DNA from: Escherichia phage phiWec187
Sequence record: LC739536.1
DNA: 64,000 nucleotides
Direction: 5' to 3' (one strand)
Positions 56,903 through 64,000 of this stretch are shown piece after piece. The position numbers and the translations under genes are program-made. Position 1 is the first letter of the stretch, and each line of letters begins with the position of its first letter. The notes under the pieces are model-generated. The model worked only from the letters and a program-made list of their open reading frames with translations, did not search any database and was not told the DNA's origin.

Positions 56903-57840
56903 AAATGTTTCTCCCTTTCTAGTACCTCTTGCATTTTACCTTTATTATAGGGGCGAGAGTTAGGGGCAGAAAGGTATCCTGACACTCTTCTGATCACAGA
57001 TATGGATTCTTCTTCATGATTGCCACAACTTGGACACTCGAAGCCTTTAGCCGTTGCTTTAAATTCACCATGAAAACCACATTTGAAACACTGATCTACA
57101 GGTTGGTTCACACCAAAATAAGGAATTTTGTTGTAGGCATAATCTACAAGAGTTTCCAGTGCTTGCAAGTTATTTTTAAGGTTTGGTGTTTCTACATAAC
57201 CTATGTTCCCACCATTACTGATTTGTGCAAAACCTTCCTCATAATCCCACTTTTGGAACGGGGTAGTGTGCATCCATACAGGTTGATGGAAAGAGTTTGT
57301 CAAGTAGTCACGATCAATAGAACCAGGATAGCGATCATTTAATGCTTTGGCAAATTTATAGCACAAGGATTCTGCTGGTGTTCCATACAAACTAAAAGCT
57401 AAACCAGAACGTTCTTTAAATGTGCCACAGATATCCTTCATATATTGAAGGATGTTTTTACCCATTGCTTTTGTATTGGTGTTACCTGGGTATAAAATCT
57501 CCATAGCTTCTGCTAAACCTACATAACCGATACTAATAGAGGCATAACCACCTTCGAATAGTTTACCAATCTCTTCATTAGCTTCTAGTCGAGCTAAAGC
57601 CCCTTCCATAAACAATGTAGGGTTTTGAGATGCTTTGGTATGTCTAATACGGTTAACACGTAGCATATGTGCCTTATACGCCATCTCCATATGTTGTTCC
57701 AACAGTTCAGTAAATAAGATGCCCTTTTCACGGGACTCTGCTGCAATGATAGGTAAGTTTAAAGAAACCACGCCTAAGTTGAAACGACCATCATATTTTT
57801 CACCTTGCTCTGTTGCGTAGTATGACAAGAAACTTCTACA
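56899..57840 (-). CDS. nrdD: anaerobic ribonucleoside-triphosphate reductase, exon 2
   Basis: CRSFLSYY...DGRFNLGVVSLNLP aligns with my recollection of E. coli NrdD; C-terminal CPSCG zinc site and RVSGYL glycyl-radical motif; proposed exon start at the Cys codon 57838-57840. Confidence 0.75.
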   Translation of the reverse strand, partial: CRSFLSYYATEQGEKYDGRFNLGVVSLNLPIIAAESREKGILFTELLEQHMEMAYKAHMLRVNRIRHTKASQNPTLFMEGALARLEANEEIGKLFEGGYASISIGYVGLAEAMEILYPGNTNTKAMGKNILQYMKDICGTFKERSGLAFSLYGTPAESLCYKFAKALNDRYPGSIDRDYLTNSFHQPVWMHTTPFQKWDYEEGFAQISNGGNIGYVETPNLKNNLQALETLVDYAYNKIPYFGVNQPVDQCFKCGFHGEFKATAKGFECPSCGNHEEESISVIRRVSGYLSAPNSRPYNKGKMQEVLEREKHF

Positions 57841-58609
57841 CATTATGTTCAAAGTGGCTCGCAAGGCCACTCCCGCACCATTACGTGCTGCTGCATGTCA
57901 CCATGCAGATCAGACTATATCTTCATGCTTAAAGCATGTCTACCATTTGGGGTGTCATAGGCTTACACCCTACGCTGCTACATTCATCACAGCTAGTCGT
58001 TAGGCATTTCGTAACAGAACTCATAATCATAATTATTTGGTGCTCCTCGCTTTAAGATTGCAGATATTCTTTTTCTGTCCAACCCTAAAGCGTCAGCACA
58101 ACATCTCAGACTTTTAAAGTAAAAAACTTCACCGGTAGCCTTATGAGTAGCTTTTACACTGTGACACCTTGTGTAGAAAGCATAACAGTTATTATCGTAA
58201 CCCTCTTGCGTGTTGTCTGGACAAGATCCCCACTCAAGATTGTATACACTATTGTCTTTCCTATTGTCACCTTTATGCTTCACATAAGGTAAATTGTCTG
58301 GATTGGGTAAAAACGCTTCAGCTACAAGTCTGTGCACCCGAAAGCAAACAGTTTTCTTGTTTTTACGTATTCTGACAAGTTGGTATCCTGTGTTTATTTC
58401 TTCCCACGAGCGAAGGATTCTTTCATCCTTATACCTGGTACAATAAACATTTCCAAGCTCGTCAATTTCATACCCTTCAAAATCACGAATTTGTTTTCTC
58501 ATATCAGTACCCCCTTCTTCTGTGTTGGGAGTTCTGTTACGTTTAGCACGGGATTGTCTCGTTGAGAGTTCCCCCGTTTAGGCAGATTTTACATGAGCAG
58601 TTATAGTTT
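57841..58609 (-). mobile_element. group-I-intron-like intervening sequence in nrdD carrying an HNH homing endonuclease ORF
   Basis: nrdD frame broken between ...VTSMG and CRSFL...; exon 1 ends in U (GGT) and the intervening sequence ends in G, as in group I introns; no RBS or ATG precedes exon 2. Confidence 0.55.
57993..58502 (-). CDS. HNH homing endonuclease (intron-encoded)
   Basis: 169 aa; ELGNVYC...GYQLVRIR...VHRLVAEAFLPNP...NLEW resembles the HNH_3/NUMOD pattern of phage homing endonucleases. Confidence 0.7.
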   Translation of the reverse strand: MRKQIRDFEGYEIDELGNVYCTRYKDERILRSWEEINTGYQLVRIRKNKKTVCFRVHRLVAEAFLPNPDNLPYVKHKGDNRKDNSVYNLEWGSCPDNTQEGYDNNCYAFYTRCHSVKATHKATGEVFYFKSLRCCADALGLDRKRISAILKRGAPNNYDYEFCYEMPND

Positions 58610-59467
58610 ACCCATGCTTGTGACGCGACCATCTGAAGATCCTGTAACTTCTTTGTTTAAAGGTACAGAGATAAAATCAGGATAAATGCGTTCAGCACAA
58701 CACTCCATTGCCAGTTGCTTCAAATCATAGTTTGGATCGCCAGCTTTCATGTTAACACCATCTTCCAAGAAGAAGATAACTTTAGGAAACACAGGAGTTA
58801 CCCTATCTTTTCCTAATCCTTGTTTGTGCACCATTAGGTAGTTTTTAGTGATCATTCTACCAAAAGCAGAGGTATCCAAGCCTAAACTAATTGTTATAAA
58901 AGGTGACTGACCATTTACACTCATTAGGGTGTTCACCTGGTAGATTAAAGTTTGCATTGCATCATAAACCTGTTTATCTACCATACGCATAGCAATATCA
59001 TAATCGCCAACATCGGCGTATATTTTATTAAAACTTGCTTTAACGTATTGACTAAGCCCAGTATCAATATGTGCACAAGTTTGTCCACCATATTGGCTAG
59101 AAGCTACTGCTTGAATAATTTGAGTTAGGACAGTAGTTGCTACACCGATAGATTTTGGTTTTTCAATATGTGCATTACCAATACGGAAACCGTTCTCAAG
59201 CATATCTTGGTAATTTACCAGGCAACAATTAGTTAGAGGTGAGAGTAAATAATCTAAATCGTGAATGTGACCATACCCACTTTTATGCCATTCTGCCAGA
59301 TCTTCCGGTAAAATATGGGTCATTGCCATGTGCTTGCTTAGGATACCTGCTAGTAAGTCTCGGTGAGTATTAACAATCATTGCAGGTTTGTTTGCATTTT
59401 CACGAGTAAATTCTTCGGATGTTTGTTCGAGGAATCCGATTACATCCTCATATAGTTTTTGGGTCAT
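58610..59467 (-). CDS. nrdD: anaerobic ribonucleoside-triphosphate reductase, exon 1
   Basis: N-terminal 286 aa of NrdD; track ORF runs two codons further to a stop inside the proposed intron. Confidence 0.75.
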
Positions 59468-59486
59468 TAATCCTCCGTGGAAAATA

Positions 59487-59509
59487 AAAGCCAGCTTAAT
59501 GCTGGCTTT
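59487..59509 (-). terminator. terminator hairpin upstream of nrdD
   Basis: stem aaagccagc / gctggcttt with ttaat loop; minus-strand ttttattttcc follows. Confidence 0.45.
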
Positions 59510-59556
59510 AGGGTGGATCTTTATTTTAAATCTTTTTCGTAAGATTGTCCTTGATC

Positions 59557-60507
59557 TTAGTCAAGGTTTTTGGTAATACGTGTACAACCGTCAGAAGTCA
59601 AACCGTCAACTTGAGTTTCCCAAGTACCATGAATATTTCGGAACAATGTTGTTACACCTTTTGGTTCATTAATAATGATTGCCATAACAAGTTTAGGATC
59701 GATAACAGACATAATCTTTTCCTCAATACCCTCTGTAATAACATTATTGCGCACAATATTAATTGCATCTTCTTGTACAGTAAGAACACTTACGTTCTTA
59801 AGAGTATATACCTGCTGTGTAGTGTAAATAATACGAACATAACTTACAGAACGAGTAGGCACAGGTTTACGCGGTCGGCGAAAACGTGGTTTTGGTGAAG
59901 ATTCAGTCTTACTTTCATTTTTTGAATAATACTCCTCAAACAGTTTAGTAAATGTTTTTACATCAACTACAAACCGATCTTTCCTATATGGAGAATTCTT
60001 ATGTGCACCATTAATACCACTGTTTTCATCGAAGAAAGTAATGTTTTCTTCAGTTGAATACATTAGATAATGCTCTGCATTTTTCCAATGTGGTTGTGGA
60101 CAACGAGGATTACAAACGGAAAGCAAATAATTAATATTTTCTTCCGTGGCCTCAGTATCCAGGAAACACGTATTATGCACAGTCAGTTGTACTTTTTCAG
60201 CCATATCCTTTTCTTTATCCTCATTGGTAAGATATTCAATACGAAGAATTTCCAGAAAATTTTCAGGTGTTACTTCCATAAATGTATATTCAGGATGAAG
60301 TTCCATATATTCAAATCCACAACCATCTAATTGCTGTAGAAAGTTAGGGTAGAAGAACAAATCATTAACACTGTGAATCAGATCATTGATTTCTGCTTCA
60401 GTTGTGTAACCAAAACTTTTGTGAATTGCCTCGTTAAGAATATGCAGGATACCCATCTCTTCTGCTGCTTTTTTAACTTCCAGTTTATTAGCGTAAAATG
60501 CAATCAT
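59557..60507 (-). CDS. hypothetical protein
   Basis: 316 aa ORF. Confidence 0.3.
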   Translation of the reverse strand: MIAFYANKLEVKKAAEEMGILHILNEAIHKSFGYTTEAEINDLIHSVNDLFFYPNFLQQLDGCGFEYMELHPEYTFMEVTPENFLEILRIEYLTNEDKEKDMAEKVQLTVHNTCFLDTEATEENINYLLSVCNPRCPQPHWKNAEHYLMYSTEENITFFDENSGINGAHKNSPYRKDRFVVDVKTFTKLFEEYYSKNESKTESSPKPRFRRPRKPVPTRSVSYVRIIYTTQQVYTLKNVSVLTVQEDAINIVRNNVITEGIEEKIMSVIDPKLVMAIIINEPKGVTTLFRNIHGTWETQVDGLTSDGCTRITKNLD

Positions 60508-60524
60508 TATGTTCTCCTTCTAAA

Positions 60525-60959
60525 TTAGTTTAAAATTTCTTTTGCAATGGTAGAAGCAAGTTTTCCATCATATTGATTCGGATACTCTGCTTTAAGGTGT
60601 TTCATCATATCTGGCATTTTCTTGCCTGTCAAGGCAAATTCTTCGGCAATAGCTCGAAGATCATCTTCAGATAGCATTTCTGGTAAATATTTCTCCAGAG
60701 TGGTGATATCACGCATAGCTCTCTCACATTTGCTAAGGGAAGCATTAACTTTCTTAAGCGAGTCTAGTTCCTCTTTAGCGTGTGCAATACCAATCTTAAC
60801 AATGTTAATCATAATATCGTCTTCTGATTTGTTTAGATTTGCCTTTTGAGTACGAGCAAGGTCAAACTCACCAATAATATTAGTTAACAAAGCAAAAGCA
60901 CCCTTATCGGTTGTACGTGCTAAGATACGATCTGCTTTCATTTGTGTCACAATAGACAT
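60525..60959 (-). CDS. GatB/YqeY-domain-like protein
   Basis: 144 aa helical protein; size and composition resemble YqeY-type domains; weak call. Confidence 0.35.
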   Translation of the reverse strand: MSIVTQMKADRILARTTDKGAFALLTNIIGEFDLARTQKANLNKSEDDIMINIVKIGIAHAKEELDSLKKVNASLSKCERAMRDITTLEKYLPEMLSEDDLRAIAEEFALTGKKMPDMMKHLKAEYPNQYDGKLASTIAKEILN

Positions 60960-60971
60960 TCTATTCTCCTC

Positions 60972-61544
60972 TTATTTGCTAATGCTTTGAGTCTTGTTTA
61001 TAACACGGTTTATTGCCAGTGAAGCCCTAGGCTCCGCAATACCTGTTGCATAGATATAAGGATGACCTCTTGGAGACTCCCTCATACCGAATGAACCTAA
61101 TTCTAAACCATATTCATCCTCTACGTCAACCCCAATATTAGTGGGTACTAAATATGTTTTAACTCCATAATAAGTAGAGAAGAAACAGCGCATAGCGTTA
61201 GCATACTCTTCAATTGTAGCATCAGGGTAGAACTCAATCAACTCCAATTTCAAGAAAATATTAAAATGGGTATCATCTAAATTTTCTTCTGTACGGTAAC
61301 ATGGCGTTAGTGCCATATACGGATTACCTGCTGCAAATTCAAAACCATCCTTCTCCATTTGCAGGAAAGATTGTTCTGCACTAGCTACATAGTATTTACC
61401 GTTAGGATGCCCTAATGGGCGATCCTCTTTATTTTCTGGTAGTGTGTACGCTAGTATATCAGCATCCACGAGATATGGAACTTCTAACATTTGTGCAAAT
61501 CGACCATAGTAATCAATAGCTTGAGCTATTACTGCAACATTCAT
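60972..61544 (-). CDS. class II aminoacyl-tRNA synthetase-like catalytic core protein (minimal)
   Basis: 190 aa; PCYRTEENLDDTHFNIFLKLELIEF resembles class II motif 2 (FRNE...H..EFT..E); GSFGMRE a possible motif 3; weak call. Confidence 0.3.
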   Translation of the reverse strand: MNVAVIAQAIDYYGRFAQMLEVPYLVDADILAYTLPENKEDRPLGHPNGKYYVASAEQSFLQMEKDGFEFAAGNPYMALTPCYRTEENLDDTHFNIFLKLELIEFYPDATIEEYANAMRCFFSTYYGVKTYLVPTNIGVDVEDEYGLELGSFGMRESPRGHPYIYATGIAEPRASLAINRVINKTQSISK

Positions 61545-61792
61545 GATCGACCTCCATTGCGGAATGCACGTTTAGTAATGTTTGACATAGTGATCAAATC
61601 TTGAAGCGTCATATCAGGAAAATGCTGTTCAAGAACACCTTCAACAGCGCCTACAATATCTGATAACTCAATAAGTTGCATCAGCTTGCAGTCTTGATCA
61701 ATAGCATCTTGAAGTTCATAAAGCTCTTCTTGAATCTTAGCAACAGAACCATATTCCTCTTTGCTAATCTCCTTCAAATGATACCCTGCCAC
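61541..61792 (-). CDS. MazG-like nucleotide pyrophosphohydrolase-like small protein
   Basis: 83 aa all-helical; EELYELQDAI ... ELSDIVGAVEGVLEQH resembles the MazG/HisE Glu-rich metal-binding pattern; weak call. Confidence 0.3.
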   Translation of the reverse strand: MAGYHLKEISKEEYGSVAKIQEELYELQDAIDQDCKLMQLIELSDIVGAVEGVLEQHFPDMTLQDLITMSNITKRAFRNGGRS

Positions 61793-61802
61793 TTTAACCC
61801 CC

Positions 61803-64000
61803 TTAGTTTACCAGTTTATTTATGTCTGGTAAAAGATTTATTTCACCTAAGAAATCACCTTCACCTTCCTCTAGCCAACTCTCATATGCTTGTGCATGAT
61901 TATAGTTACCATCAAAAGAATCTGCAACAAATTTTTCTACAGTTTTTCGAGATGTGTCAGCGCCAAATACACCAAGTTTAATACCATTGATAGGTAAAGT
62001 GGTGCTTGTGGGTACTTTCTCTGTTGCAACACGGTTGATATCTATAATCTCCTGTACGGTTGTGTTCCATTGTAAGCATTTAACACAACGGGTGTGCGCT
62101 ACATACAGTAGGTTTCGCTCTGCCTCTTCTAGTCCTACCCATTCACCAGTCTTTTTATCATAATTGGAAGGAAAATCATTAGCAACAATAACCTGATCCC
62201 ACTCCAAACCTTTAGATTTGTGTGCTGTAGTCAATGTGACTTTTGCTGTAGGAGAATTTCTATGCGTTCTAAGTGTATGTGCTATAGTGTTTGCCTTACC
62301 AGAAACTACAATGTTTAACAAACGTTTAGCATCTGGATCAGCCTCTGCACACTCAACAAATTCATCCCAGTCTGCATAAGGTAATACAGTTTCATGTTTT
62401 ACTTTCTCAATATCTCCTCTCCGAAGAGCATTAACACTATCTACCATAGAGATAAAATCCCTGGTATCTACGTTAATAATAATTTCTTCCCCGTCTGCAA
62501 TACGATCCATTGCCTCCATAAGCAAGGTTAAATTCTTGCGAAAGATGATAGTGTAAGGTTTTGTATAGTCTACAACATCTGATTTGTAGCTACCTACTAC
62601 AGTATCAAAGCCTTTACCAACCAAAGGATGACGCAAAGGTTCTTTATCGCTTAAAATCATATTGGCAATGTTTGCCACTTTGGGGCCAAAACGGAAGCAA
62701 GCAGTTAATGGAAGTTCTGCCCCATACTTAGCTGTTTCAATCATCATATTAGAGCTACCTCTAAATTGATAAATGCAGTTGTGGCTAAGAATTTCATTGC
62801 CAAAGAAGTTAGCAGTATCCTCTACTTCAATATCATAATAGATACCCTCACTATCTACAATGTCCACAATCTCTTCTGCCGTTACAGTATCACCATCTTT
62901 TACCAACACAGACATGCCTTTAAACAAACCCGCTGCCGGAATTAAGTTATATTTGGCACTGTTCACAGAGGACATGCATTCTTTTAAAGATGCAAACGGA
63001 ACTATTTCAAGGATCTTTTGTGCAAAACTCAATGCTTCACGATAAGAATTGAAATATTTACGTACACGGTAACGACCTTCCAATTTAGCAGCACTTACGC
63101 TTACACCTGCTTTAATCAGTGAAGAATAGATCGGCATTTCACTTTCTGTCCACTCAAAACTAACTTGTGTTCCTTTACAACCTTGTGCTCGCAAAGTCAC
63201 TGTTAGCATTTTTCTTTCATCTACTGCACAATTGATGCTGTGCCAGTGTGGATAAGCAAAATGATAATCTTTATCCTCTAAAAGTTTAAAACCATTTTGT
63301 CCGAATTGTTCAAAGATGTTATTGATCTTTTCTTGATTAATGCCGCGTGAACTTGCTTCAAATACACAAGTAGGCATGCCATATTGTAAACTGTAAGCCA
63401 TTTCTTTTTCCATAGCAGCTTCACGGTTTTCAACAATATCCAACACCCATAATTTCTGTGCTTTTTCAGAACGTGTACGTTGCCCCAGTTTAGAAAAACC
63501 TTCTTTATCATCGAATTTGTTAGTGATCCCTACTCGGAAACCTAAATCTTTCCTCCACATTAGGTATACCACCATCTGATCATCTTTCAGAACATAGGAT
63601 GAAGCCCAAATACGATGGTTATGTGTCATATCTAAAGTTTTACCTGTGGCAGTAATAATATTCCTACCTTTTGTACGTGTAGATAAAGTCTTATTTGTTA
63701 CTTTTCTAAATGTAATTTTACCATTAGAATAAGACTCTACCTTATCACCGATTTGTAGGTCTTTCATTGTAACCTGACCATTCTCGGTATTAAGTACCGT
63801 GTTTTCCGACACACATTGGAATTCATCGCCCACTACCACAATTTGTTTTGCAGATTTAGCATTTCGCAGAATAGACAAGAATGCAGGGTTAACATCCTGG
63901 AATTCATCACCAAAAATAATGTCATAACCAAGATCAGCACCTGATAATTCAAACAATTTTACATAGGTGTCATGCGTCATCAAAGTATCTGTGTTAGGAT
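61803..64000 (-). CDS. UvrD/Rep-like superfamily 1 helicase interrupted by an intein (5' end outside the window)
   Basis: motif II GDEFQD; motif III VGDEFQ split by the intein and resuming CIYQFRGSS; frame open past the TTG at 63983 to the window edge. Confidence 0.75.
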   Translation of the reverse strand, partial: PNTDTLMTHDTYVKLFELSGADLGYDIIFGDEFQDVNPAFLSILRNAKSAKQIVVVGDEFQCVSENTVLNTENGQVTMKDLQIGDKVESYSNGKITFRKVTNKTLSTRTKGRNIITATGKTLDMTHNHRIWASSYVLKDDQMVVYLMWRKDLGFRVGITNKFDDKEGFSKLGQRTRSEKAQKLWVLDIVENREAAMEKEMAYSLQYGMPTCVFEASSRGINQEKINNIFEQFGQNGFKLLEDKDYHFAYPHWHSINCAVDERKMLTVTLRAQGCKGTQVSFEWTESEMPIYSSLIKAGVSVSAAKLEGRYRVRKYFNSYREALSFAQKILEIVPFASLKECMSSVNSAKYNLIPAAGLFKGMSVLVKDGDTVTAEEIVDIVDSEGIYYDIEVEDTANFFGNEILSHNCIYQFRGSSNMMIETAKYGAELPLTACFRFGPKVANIANMILSDKEPLRHPLVGKGFDTVVGSYKSDVVDYTKPYTIIFRKNLTLLMEAMDRIADGEEIIINVDTRDFISMVDSVNALRRGDIEKVKHETVLPYADWDEFVECAEADPDAKRLLNIVVSGKANTIAHTLRTHRNSPTAKVTLTTAHKSKGLEWDQVIVANDFPSNYDKKTGEWVGLEEAERNLLYVAHTRCVKCLQWNTTVQEIIDINRVATEKVPTSTTLPINGIKLGVFGADTSRKTVEKFVADSFDGNYNHAQAYESWLEEGEGDFLGEINLLPDINKLVN
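62778..63815 (-). mobile_element. intein (346 aa) inserted in helicase motif III
   Basis: starts CVSENTVL, ends FFGNEILSHN followed by Cys+1; canonical terminal His-Asn; boundary codons checked on the nucleotide sequence. Confidence 0.7.

Noticed and set aside
57871-57992. Possibility that nrdD exon 2 starts at the GTG at 57870 as an independent gene
   Set aside because: No RBS precedes the GTG or the in-frame ATG at 57843, and the upstream exon frame joins exactly at a conserved NrdD segment, so a spliced single protein is more likely; retained as the alternative in the findings.
1-64000. tRNA genes, integrase, attachment sites or CRISPR arrays
   Set aside because: Coding density is very high and I found no non-coding stretch with tRNA-like structure, no tyrosine/serine recombinase motifs and no direct-repeat arrays; the only long non-coding stretches are the nrdD intervening sequence and short terminator-containing spacers.

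Overview
This window looks like a 64-kb segment of a virulent, AT-rich tailed phage with a contractile tail: no integrase, repressor or host flanks are visible. All calls rest on reading the six-frame translations by eye; no database search or RNA folding was run. Coordinates 1-30.9 kb (+ strand) hold a late structural module: a lambda-like head block (scaffold-like, gpD-like decoration, gpE-like major capsid), then sheath, tube, a chaperone pair with a candidate -1 frameshift site, tape measure, baseplate genes and three enzymatically different receptor-binding proteins (pectate-lyase beta-helix spike, collagen-like fibre, Ig-like/esterase fibre). Coordinates 30.9-64 kb (- strand) hold replication and accessory genes: a beta-class DNA methyltransferase cassette between two hairpin terminators, SSB, a family A (T7-like) DNA polymerase interrupted by a LAGLIDADG intein, a gp4-like primase-helicase, four glycosyltransferases, a secreted cell-wall hydrolase, anaerobic ribonucleotide reductase (nrdD split by a group-I-intron-like element carrying an HNH endonuclease, plus nrdG), and a UvrD-like helicase with a second intein. 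The most unusual content is a phage-borne Ter-type stress cluster (TerD, vWA protein, TelA-like, TerC) contiguous with macro-domain, phosphoribosyltransferase and HAD-hydrolase genes, which I rank as the best candidate for an undescribed system.
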